32,000 nucleotides of DNA from Candidatus Thalassarchaeaceae archaeon (GTDB lineage: Archaea; Thermoplasmatota; Poseidoniia; Poseidoniales; Thalassarchaeaceae). Shown in pieces: positions 16,855 through 24,087 of the stretch. The stretch spans positions 60,001-92,000 of the forward strand of contig JBJLBP010000001.1 of assembly GCA_045568075.1 (NCBI GenBank), in the 5' to 3' direction. The number at the start of each line of letters is the position of its first letter. Position 1 is the first letter of the stretch. A program made the position numbers and the translations under genes. The notes under the pieces are model-generated. The model did no database searches. It worked only from the letters and a program-made list of their open reading frames with translations, and was not told the origin of the DNA.

Positions 16855-18705
16855 TCACTCCTCCACGACACACTGAGGATATGGATCGGACATCATTGGC
16901 GGCATGAACAAGTCATCACAGCCTCGCTCTACCGTCGATAAGGAGAGAATGCTCGTCGCCCCAACACCAACCGTCACAGGTTGCATCGAAACGGGGCTAG
17001 GGATGTAGTCCTCTCCAGTCTGAGAGATGATCAAATGGATTCCATCGCCGGCAGGAATCAATACATCCATGCCAAAGAATTCCATCTTGGCATTCACCGT
17101 CTCGCCAGGTCCGAGCACCTCGCCATCCTTGCCACCAGCGTGGAATCTTAGATCCATCACAGCGTGCCCAAGATGCATTCCAGTACTCGCCTGAACCATC
17201 TCAACAAACAGATGACCACTCGTCGAGAAAGCCGACACCGTCGCATCGACATGGAAAGTGGGTGTGCCTACAATCCTCGTATCTTCATCGAAGAAAGGAC
17301 ACTCTATGCGTAGACTCGAAGACGAAGTAATCGTCTCTCCACCACCAATAATAGAACACTGATCCATCCCAACACGTAGCCAATCTTGCTCGGCTGGCGG
17401 ATAAGTCCCCTCGACTCGCCAGCCGCCCATATTGTCCTGAACCTCAGCTATCAGCCGAGGTTGTGGCCCCTCCTCTTTGAGATAGAAATCAAACCACTCG
17501 AGTAGGTCGTCAGCCCAATCCCATCGCAAAGTGAATGGGAATGCTTCACCGCCGCGACCGCTTGAAAGTCCCTGATGCCCACTGAGGCGGTCGGGGTAAT
17601 CGTGCCCCCACTGGCCGTAGAGTCCCTTGACATCGAAGCCAGCGTCTTGCATCATTCGATGGACGGGGAAGGCCATGTGGGGGTCGACATTCCAGTCTTG
17701 CAGTCCGTGGATGATGTAGACCGAGCCAGCGTAGTTTTCCATCGCGCGCGCGAGGAAGTGTCGCTCTTGCCAATAATCAGAGCCCATCCAAGCGAGGTTG
17801 TCGCCAGTGACATACGCAAGCGGTCCAGCATAGTAACCCTCGACATAGCCCTCACAGGCATTCTCGATATCTCCCGAATCACCGTCTAAGCCGAAACTTC
17901 CGTACACGCCGTTGTGCATGATGGCGCCACGGGCTTCCATGCTACCATTGCGCCACATGAGATCCTGTACGCCGATTAATCCAGACATCGGCACGATGGT
18001 CTTGAGATATTCAGAACCCATCGCTGCCGCCTCCCAAGGTGTAGAGCCGTCGTAGGATTTCCCGATGACGCCAACAGCGCCGTTGGAGAAGGGTGCCGTT
18101 CCTAGGTATTCGACGGCTGCGTGGATTCCTTCTTGTTCGTCGAGACCCATGAGGTCCATGCAATGGTTGGAGTTGCCTGTGCCAAAGACGCTGACCTGAG
18201 CGATTCCGAATCCATGAGGTACGAAGTTCTCGATGAGAAAACGACCGAGTCGATTAGCAGGAGTCAGTGCATCGACATCGCCGTCGTCGTAGTAAGGGCC
18301 TATCTCGGCGATGATGGGTACTTTGCATTCTTCTGGAAGTTCTGCCGCATCGTAATCGCAACCTTCGATTTGCGGCAGCCAGAGTCCCAGATGGACTTCA
18401 GCTTCACCGGTTGCGCCAGCGCCTCCGTCAGCCAGAGTGATGGCTGGGACTGAGACGTAGATGGATCGAACTGCATCGATTCCGTGACTGCCGTTACTTG
18501 AGACGCGACTGAATACGTCGCCATTCTCGTAGGTCATCTGCTCGCGATCTTCGACTGGCGGTAGCCAATGGTCTGAATCGTTAGAACCACCACCAATGAC
18601 ATCGTTGCCGAAGCAGCCCGAAAGCATCGGGGCCACGAAAAGCAACACGAGAACTAGGCTCGTTGTGGTGCGAGACACGCGCTTCGCGCGTCTTGGCGCA
18701 CTCAA
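16855..18705 (-). CDS. Secreted S15 family peptidase (Xaa-Pro dipeptidyl-peptidase / CocE-NonD hydrolase), probable lipoprotein
   Basis: The nucleophile motif GxSYxG appears as VIGKSYDGSTPW. An N-terminal signal with a lipobox-like LSGC (RRAKRVSRTTTSLVLVLLFVAPMLSGCFG) is present, as is a C-terminal beta-sandwich-like region. The start is non-ATG (TTG at 18705 or GTG at 18678). Confidence 0.75.
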   Translation of the reverse strand: MSAPRRAKRVSRTTTSLVLVLLFVAPMLSGCFGNDVIGGGSNDSDHWLPPVEDREQMTYENGDVFSRVSSNGSHGIDAVRSIYVSVPAITLADGGAGATGEAEVHLGLWLPQIEGCDYDAAELPEECKVPIIAEIGPYYDDGDVDALTPANRLGRFLIENFVPHGFGIAQVSVFGTGNSNHCMDLMGLDEQEGIHAAVEYLGTAPFSNGAVGVIGKSYDGSTPWEAAAMGSEYLKTIVPMSGLIGVQDLMWRNGSMEARGAIMHNGVYGSFGLDGDSGDIENACEGYVEGYYAGPLAYVTGDNLAWMGSDYWQERHFLARAMENYAGSVYIIHGLQDWNVDPHMAFPVHRMMQDAGFDVKGLYGQWGHDYPDRLSGHQGLSSGRGGEAFPFTLRWDWADDLLEWFDFYLKEEGPQPRLIAEVQDNMGGWRVEGTYPPAEQDWLRVGMDQCSIIGGGETITSSSSLRIECPFFDEDTRIVGTPTFHVDATVSAFSTSGHLFVEMVQASTGMHLGHAVMDLRFHAGGKDGEVLGPGETVNAKMEFFGMDVLIPAGDGIHLIISQTGEDYIPSPVSMQPVTVGVGATSILSLSTVERGCDDLFMPPMMSDPYPQCVVEE

Positions 18706-18820
18706 GAGAGTTCTGACGCTTGGTGTGAAATCTTCAGAGGCCGAAATTCCCTAGAGTTTGCGACTGAAAAGCCGAAGACGAGGAGGCTAGCAGTCATTTG
18801 AGCGGGGGAGCCAGCCAAAT

Positions 18821-18834
18821 CGAAGGGTTTGATG
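18821..18834 (+). promoter_or_regulatory. BRE/TATA-like box (CGAAGGGTTTGATG) for the M32 carboxypeptidase gene
   Basis: The TTTGAT begins 30 nt upstream of the ATG at 18858, which matches leaderless spacing. It is near-identical to the box at 21554-21566. Confidence 0.35.
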
Positions 18835-18857
18835 TGGGAAAGTGGCTCCGCGGCCCT

Positions 18858-20360
18858 ATGGATGCATACGAGGAACTCCTCTCGCGAATGAAAGGTATGG
18901 ATTTGATTAGCCAAATTGGAAGCCTAGTCAGCTGGGATCAGGAAGTAATGATGCCTCCAAAGGCCGCCACTCTTCGCGGCGAGCAACTCTCCTGGATTTC
19001 GAAGACCGGTCATGAGAAAATGACCGACCCGCGAGTCGGGGAGTTACTCGATGAATTGGAAGCGCGCGATGACCTCAACGAGGTTGAAGCGGCAAACATC
19101 CGCCTCGCGCGCGATAGTTACGATAAGGCGACGAAACTCCCTACCGAGTTCGTCGGTGAAATGGCCAAGCTTCAGTCAAAGTGCCAAATCTCCTGGACTG
19201 AAGCACGAGCCAAGGATGATTTCTCTATCTTCCGAGACGATCTCGCAAAGATGATCGAAATGTGCCGTCAAAAGGCGGACTATCTCGGCTATGATGAATT
19301 GCGTTACGATGCTCTACTAGACCTATACGAATCTGGGCTGAGTGTTTCTCGTCTTGATCCGCTTTTCGCTGGACTGCGAGACAATGTAGCACCTCTTATC
19401 AAGGCTGTAGTTGAATCAGGAAAGCACCCAAACATGGCCTTCGTCGAAGACAATAAATGGAGTCAAGACGGGCAAGAAGCACTCTCACAGGCTGTCTCCG
19501 AAGCTATTGGCTTCGACTTTCAAGCCGGCCGACGCGACGCATCAACACACCCATTCTGCGGTGGCCCAAACCCAGACGATGTTCGCTGGACAACTCGTTA
19601 CTCAAATGACGACCCATTCGGCTCCCTATACGGGTCAATGCACGAAACAGGGCACGGAACCTACGAGCAGGGGCGACCGCGAGAACTCGACTTCCAACCA
19701 GCCGGCAAGGCGGCTGGACTCGGTGTTCACGAGAGTCAGAGCCGACTGTGGGAGAATCAGGTTGGTCGAAGCCGAGAGTTTTGTGAATGGGTTTTGCCAA
19801 TTTGGCAGGAGAATTTCCCTGAACAGATGACGGGCGTCAGCGTTGATGACCTTTGGCAGGCTGTGAATTTGGTTGGGCCGAGTCTGATTCGAACGGAGTC
19901 GGACGAGGCGACTTACAATGTTCACATCATGATTCGATACGAGATTGAGAAGCGCTTGATCTCGGGCGAAATCGAGGTCGATGACTTACCCGATGTTTGG
20001 GATGATATGTACGAAGAATTCCTTGGAATCAGGGCACCAAACCGCACTTTGGGAGTCCTACAAGATATTCACTGGTCCTTCGGCGCCTTCGGTTACTTCC
20101 CAACCTACACACTTGGTAATCTGTACTCGGCGCAGCTGCTAGCGGCTGCTAGAGAGGATTTGCCAGAGCATGATGAGCAGATGCGACGAGGTGAGTTTCA
20201 ACCACTTTTGAGTTGGATGCGCGCGCGCGTGCACGCGCGAGGAAGTATCCTCGAACCGGCAGCTCTCATCGAGGAAGCGACCGGTTCGCCACCCTCTCCT
20301 GATGCTTTCGTGACTTACTTGCGAGACAAGGTTGAGCGGCTTTACGGCGTGACTGCTTGA
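18858..20360 (+). CDS. Carboxypeptidase Taq-type metallopeptidase (M32 family)
   Basis: HEXXH is present as SMHETGHGTYEQG. Other blocks are HESQSRLWEN and DIHWSFGAFGYFPTYTLGNLYSAQL. Confidence 0.9.
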   Translation: MDAYEELLSRMKGMDLISQIGSLVSWDQEVMMPPKAATLRGEQLSWISKTGHEKMTDPRVGELLDELEARDDLNEVEAANIRLARDSYDKATKLPTEFVGEMAKLQSKCQISWTEARAKDDFSIFRDDLAKMIEMCRQKADYLGYDELRYDALLDLYESGLSVSRLDPLFAGLRDNVAPLIKAVVESGKHPNMAFVEDNKWSQDGQEALSQAVSEAIGFDFQAGRRDASTHPFCGGPNPDDVRWTTRYSNDDPFGSLYGSMHETGHGTYEQGRPRELDFQPAGKAAGLGVHESQSRLWENQVGRSREFCEWVLPIWQENFPEQMTGVSVDDLWQAVNLVGPSLIRTESDEATYNVHIMIRYEIEKRLISGEIEVDDLPDVWDDMYEEFLGIRAPNRTLGVLQDIHWSFGAFGYFPTYTLGNLYSAQLLAAAREDLPEHDEQMRRGEFQPLLSWMRARVHARGSILEPAALIEEATGSPPSPDAFVTYLRDKVERLYGVTA

Positions 20361-20431
20361 ATTGAACCACTGAGGCACAGACAACACTGGGTCTGAGGAA
20401 TTACGAAAGGCACGAGCGTGTGAGCGTAGTC

Positions 20432-21481
20432 ATGGCTGAGCGCTCGTTGGAGGGAGTCGCGTCGTTCGTACGTGACTTAGGCAGCGCCTGCTCAGCAGTC
20501 CGGCTCGTCGGTGATATGCTGCTCGCTGGCTCGCACGATGGCTTGCTGCTTTGCTTGGATGCTGCGACTGGGGGCGAGCGCTGGCGATTACAGGTCGATG
20601 GGCCTGTGTCGGATATTGCGCTCGATAGCGATCGTGTCTATGCAACCGCGTCAGCTTCACTGCACGCGGTCGACGCGGCTGGCGGTGAGTTGCTGTGGAG
20701 CCGCGAGTTGGAAGGAGCCAGTGATTACGTCCAGGCAGGGGATGGACATGTCTGGGCGACCTCATCAGTCTACGAATTGGAGGTTGCAGATTTTGTCGAA
20801 GCGACCGTCTGGCGATTCGATGCTGGTGGTGATGAACAGGAACGCTGGGTTTTCGCCGAGAGGCCTTGGCATGTCGGTCTACACGCAGATGGAGGCATTC
20901 TGCTTGGATTGGGCCGGCCTCGTTGTGGCTATTTGAGAATTGAAACTGGACAGAAAACCGAGCATTTCGAACTCGATAATGAGAGCCCTGTGACCTGTGG
21001 GGCTTGTGATTCGGCCGGTCGCTTCTTGTTTGGGCATGCAGATGGCACGATTAGCTCAGTTGGTTCGGTCGAAGCCAGTGAAAACCCCCGTGAATCCTTA
21101 GTGACCGCTTTGGCACCTAGTGATTCAGGATGGGTTTCCGGTCACGACGATGGAACTATCGCAACTTCTGACTCAACGGTGACGGCACCAGGCTCAATCG
21201 ACGCGGTCGCGAGTCTAGGCCCTAATGCGTGGGCATCGTCATGGAACGGATCCACTCCGACTTTGATGATTCTACAATTTGGAACGATCTCTATCGATGC
21301 CCGCGTACGCCAGATGCATTCCTCAGAAAGCTCCCTGGCGCTCGGCGATGACCTCGGAAGAGTCTTCCTCATCGAATCCGAGGTCGTCGGCCGGAGATTA
21401 TCAGACAATGAAGAAACATCTCCGGAAGACTTCCGGAATTCGGAGTTAAGAGCACGCCTCAGGATGTTAAGAAACAGGTGA
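20432..21481 (+). CDS. PQQ-like / WD40-like beta-propeller repeat protein
   Basis: Repeated motifs of the type LLAGSHDGLLLCLDAATGGERWR and LHAVDAAGGELLWSREL support the call. The C-terminus is a charged tail. ATG at 20432; the track's GTG start is at 20420. Confidence 0.6.
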   Translation: MAERSLEGVASFVRDLGSACSAVRLVGDMLLAGSHDGLLLCLDAATGGERWRLQVDGPVSDIALDSDRVYATASASLHAVDAAGGELLWSRELEGASDYVQAGDGHVWATSSVYELEVADFVEATVWRFDAGGDEQERWVFAERPWHVGLHADGGILLGLGRPRCGYLRIETGQKTEHFELDNESPVTCGACDSAGRFLFGHADGTISSVGSVEASENPRESLVTALAPSDSGWVSGHDDGTIATSDSTVTAPGSIDAVASLGPNAWASSWNGSTPTLMILQFGTISIDARVRQMHSSESSLALGDDLGRVFLIESEVVGRRLSDNEETSPEDFRNSELRARLRMLRNR

Positions 21482-21500
21482 TTGCGCATCTCGCAGCGCA

Positions 21501-21534
21501 CTGGAAATTAACACCTAGAGACCCCTATTTCCAG
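21501..21534. terminator. 8-bp perfect inverted repeat (CTGGAAAT ..18 nt.. ATTTCCAG) just after the beta-propeller gene
   Basis: Read directly from the sequence, 20 nt downstream of the stop at 21479-21481. Function as a terminator is inferred. Confidence 0.3.
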
Positions 21535-21553
21535 TCCACAGTGCCTCATTCGA

Positions 21554-21566
21554 CGAAAGGTTTATG
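21554..21566 (+). promoter_or_regulatory. BRE/TATA-like box (CGAAAGGTTTATG) upstream of the structured purine-rich region
   Basis: A purine-rich BRE-like CGAAAGG is followed by TTTATG. It matches 9 of the first 10 positions of the box 30 nt upstream of the M32 gene ATG (18821-18834). The predicted start is near 21588-21595. Confidence 0.3.
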
Positions 21567-21752
21567 CACCCCTGCCGCACAGACCTAAGTTGCCGCTCTG
21601 GGAGAGTGGTGTGGGGCGCGCTTCGGCGCAAACCGCGGGCCACAGAACCGAACCCCGAACTCGGGGTGGTAGAACCGGAAACCGCAAGGAATCCGGGGAC
21701 GATCGAACCTGGCACTTGGACCAGGGGAGATGCGGTCGAACCGAAGTGGAGA

Positions 21753-21811
21753 GAACTGGACGAAAGGAAAGGGAACTGGACGAAAGGAAAGGGAACTGAA
21801 CTCAAGGAAGG
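21753..21811 (+). repeat. Tandem 20-nt purine-rich repeat: two perfect copies plus one diverged copy
   Basis: GAACTGGACGAAAGGAAAGG occurs at 21753-21772 and again identically at 21773-21792. It is followed by GAACTGAACTCAAGGAAGG at 21793-21811. Confidence 0.85.
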
Positions 21812-21920
21812 GGAAGGAAGCGGAGGGGGAAGCTGGGGAAAACACAACCGCAACGCGCAAGCGAGGAAAACGGAACCGTGCCAGCCAACCAGACCGCGAG
21901 TGCATCGGCGAAGGGGGAGA

Positions 21921-21939
21921 GAACCGGACGAAAGGAAGG
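21921..21939 (+). repeat. Dispersed copy of the purine module (GAACCGGACGAAAGGAAGG)
   Basis: It differs from the tandem unit by one substitution and one missing A. Confidence 0.75.
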
Positions 21940-21983
21940 CGATACGAACCTGAGGCGGATCCACGGGGAACAAAGGAGGAAAA

Positions 21984-22002
21984 GAACCGGACGTAAGGAA
22001 GG
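21984..22002 (+). repeat. Dispersed copy of the purine module (GAACCGGACGTAAGGAAGG)
   Basis: 18 of 19 positions are identical to the copy at 21921-21939. Confidence 0.75.
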
Positions 22003-22333
22003 GGAAAAGAAACCGGAGAGAAACGTGGCGGGAACGAGAGCGCGGAGACGCGTGGAGGACCGGCACTCATTCCAACGAACGAACCGGCGAGAGCCGGGGA
22101 GGGAAGTGGAAACGCAGAAACGGGGAGCGATCCCGGTGGAAGCGGAAACGACAGAAGAGCTCCTTGGAGCGCTCGAGTCATCTACCCGGGGAGAAACCGG
22201 CCTTCGGGCCGGGGACGAACCGGACCCTGCGGAGTCAGCAGGGGGGGATGCTCCCCCATGTGCAGAACCCCCTGCTGCTCCCACCTTGTACCAAAGTACG
22301 GATGCGGCCCATTCCATCAGATTATCAATCATT

Positions 22334-22352
22334 GCGGAGCGATTCGCTCCGC
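22334..22352. terminator. Perfect 8-bp hairpin GCGGAGCG att CGCTCCGC
   Basis: Read directly from the sequence. It lies 77 nt downstream of the fumC stop (minus strand) and at the 3' edge of the candidate RNA (plus strand), so it could terminate either or both. Confidence 0.35.
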
Positions 22353-22428
22353 TGAGCTCAGTTTCGAATGGTCCGAGCGGAAGCCGAATTCATCATTTCG
22401 CAAAGCAAGAGATTTGTACCGTCTAGGT

Positions 22429-24030
22429 TCACTGCTTCGGGCCAATCATTTCCTTAGGCTTGACCCACTGATCGAATTGATCATTGGTGACTAGCCCTAA
22501 TTCGAGAGCTGATTCGCGCAGAGTAGTGCCATTCAGATGCGCGTGCTTAGCAATCTTTGCAGCGTTGTCGTAACCGATGTGATTGTTCAACGCCGTAACT
22601 AACATCAGACTATTCTCGAGGTGCGATGCAATCACACCCTCGTTCGCCTCGAGTCCGTTAACGCACTTGTCGGTAAATGCCCTGCATACATCGGATAGGA
22701 GACGTGTGCTGTGGAGTAAATTGTGGATCATCATCGGCTTGTAGACGTTGAGTTCGAAGTTGCCTTGACTGCCACCGATACTGATTGCAGTGTGGTTCCC
22801 AATCACTTGACAACAGACCATCGTCATGGCTTCGGCTTGTGTTGGATTGACCTTGCCAGGCATGATACTTGACCCTGGTTCGTTGGCTGGAAGAGACAGT
22901 TCTCCGAATCCACAGCGAGGTCCAGACCCCATCCATCGAATGTCATTGGCAATCTTCATCAGGCTCGCAGCAAGCGTGTTTAGTGAGCCTGATACGGCTA
23001 CTATTGCATCGTGTGCTGCGAGTTGAGCAAATTTGTTTTCGGCCGAGACAAATGGTAGACCAACCTTCTCAGCGATACGTTCGGCAACCTTGTCTGCGAA
23101 TTCAAAATGAGTGTTGAGGCCAGTGCCGACCGCAGTTCCACCTAGTGCGAGTTCGAGGAGATCATCCCAAGCAGCCTCTATGCGACGGAGGTCGGCGGCT
23201 ATCATCGAGGTGTAGCCACCGAATTCCTGGCCGAGGGTGAGGGGAACGGCATCCATCAAGTGAGTGCGGCCGATCTTGACAATGTTCTCGAATTCGTCGG
23301 CTTTGGCCGCCAGCGCGTTGTGCAGAAGGCGGATTGCTGGCAGGAGTCGGTTGTGGATTTCTTCTGCAGCTGCGATGTGCATCGCGGTCGGGAATGTATC
23401 ATTGCTTGATTGACCGCGATTGACGTGGTCATTTGGGTGGACTGGAGACTTACTTCCTAGTTCACCACCGGCCATCTCAATGGCTCGGTTGGCGATGACC
23501 TCGTTGGAGTTCATATTGGTCTGTGTGCCGGAACCGGTTTGCCAGACTCTGAGTGGGAAATGCTCGTCCAACGCTCCTGAGATTACCTCGTCGCAGGCGG
23601 CTGAGATGAGTGCTCCAATCTGAGGGTCAAGCTGACCGAGTCCAACATTGGTCTCTGCAGCCGCCTGCTTGAGTATGCCGAAGGCTCGGATTATTGAGGG
23701 ATCCATGGTATCGGTTCCGATGTCGAAATTTATCAGTGAACGAGCGGTTTGGGCTCCGAAATAGCGGTCTGCTGGAACTTCAAGTTCGCCCATTGTGTCC
23801 TTTTCGAGACGAACAGTCCCGGTTGCTCCCGAAGCTGCTCTGGGCTCGCTGGCTCGTTGCGTCGTTGGCACCGTTTGCTCGGTCTCGAGGTTGTTCTGGA
23901 TCATTTTCGCAATCGTCGCTGACCGACCCTGGCCACGACCCTTTCCTACACGCCTATCGAGCTTCTTTGCGAGGTCTTCTGGTATGCTAATACTGATGAT
24001 TCGGCGGTCGCCCGCCCGGTGTTTCGCCAT
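22429..24030 (-). CDS. fumC: Class II fumarate hydratase with an in-frame N-terminal ribbon-helix-helix (CopG/Arc-like) domain
   Basis: The FumC core runs from [30 protein letters not shown] and includes [37 protein letters not shown] and the signature [17 protein letters not shown]. The N-terminal ~45 aa ([40 protein letters not shown]) has a strand-helix-helix RHH pattern and is joined by a ~25-aa low-complexity linker. There is no stop between the two parts. Confidence 0.85.
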   Translation of the reverse strand: MAKHRAGDRRIISISIPEDLAKKLDRRVGKGRGQGRSATIAKMIQNNLETEQTVPTTQRASEPRAASGATGTVRLEKDTMGELEVPADRYFGAQTARSLINFDIGTDTMDPSIIRAFGILKQAAAETNVGLGQLDPQIGALISAACDEVISGALDEHFPLRVWQTGSGTQTNMNSNEVIANRAIEMAGGELGSKSPVHPNDHVNRGQSSNDTFPTAMHIAAAEEIHNRLLPAIRLLHNALAAKADEFENIVKIGRTHLMDAVPLTLGQEFGGYTSMIAADLRRIEAAWDDLLELALGGTAVGTGLNTHFEFADKVAERIAEKVGLPFVSAENKFAQLAAHDAIVAVSGSLNTLAASLMKIANDIRWMGSGPRCGFGELSLPANEPGSSIMPGKVNPTQAEAMTMVCCQVIGNHTAISIGGSQGNFELNVYKPMMIHNLLHSTRLLSDVCRAFTDKCVNGLEANEGVIASHLENSLMLVTALNNHIGYDNAAKIAKHAHLNGTTLRESALELGLVTNDQFDQWVKPKEMIGPKQ

Positions 24031-24040
24031 GTCTATGCTG

Positions 24041-24070
24041 AATAATTACTTATTAATAAAGATAATTATT
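24041..24070 (-). promoter_or_regulatory. fumC promoter: TATA box (TTTATTAATA on the minus strand) bracketed by the 8-bp inverted repeat AATAATTA / TAATTATT
   Basis: AATAATTA is at 24041-24048 and TAATTATT at 24063-24070, with the TATA-like core between them. The TATA box starts about 30 nt upstream of the ATG at 24030. Confidence 0.35.
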
Positions 24071-24087
24071 GGCTGCCTATGCAACGA

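Larger units (their letters stand above)
21590..22352 (+). ncRNA. Candidate large structured non-coding RNA, unclassified (boundaries approximate)
   Basis: The interval has no credible CDS and is open in all six frames because T is nearly absent on the + strand. Thirteen local hairpins include two cUUCGg, five GNRA and one CUUG tetraloop, canonical only on the + strand (coordinates in findings). An upstream TATA-like box is present, and a terminal 8-bp hairpin lies at 22334-22352. Confidence 0.45.

Noticed and set aside
21753-21811. Tandem 20-nt repeats considered as a possible CRISPR or minisatellite array.
   Set aside because: The repeats are directly adjacent with no spacers, there are only 2-3 units, and no cas genes are in the window. 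This is not a CRISPR array.
21590-22352. Identity with archaeal RNase P RNA or SRP (7S) RNA.
   Set aside because: Fragments look superficially similar: GAGGAAAACGGAACC versus CR-I GAGGAAAGUCCGGGC, ACAGAACC, GUGCCAG and GGAAGGAAGCGG. However, they occur in the wrong order for a P4 helix, no complementary U-containing strand exists, and the SRP helix-8 context (UCC[GGAA]GGA..AGCAG) is missing. I therefore cannot call either family. Only a covariance-model search can settle this.
21515-22426. Eight overlapping ORFs of 63-198 aa on both strands and in several frames (for example 21585-22181 minus, 21878-22426 plus).
   Set aside because: They are open only because T (and hence TAA/TAG/TGA on the + strand, and TTA/CTA/TCA as read on the + strand) is nearly absent. 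The translations are low-complexity (R/K/E/G-rich or P/S/F-rich), mutually overlapping and lack any recognisable motif. None has a better claim than the others, so this is a compositional artefact rather than coding sequence.
22360-22428. C/D-box-like elements on the minus strand (AATGATGA at about 22398-22391 and CTGA about 28 nt downstream).
   Set aside because: The spacing is too short for C/D plus C'/D' with guides, and there is no terminal stem complementarity. This is most likely chance within the fumC 3' region.
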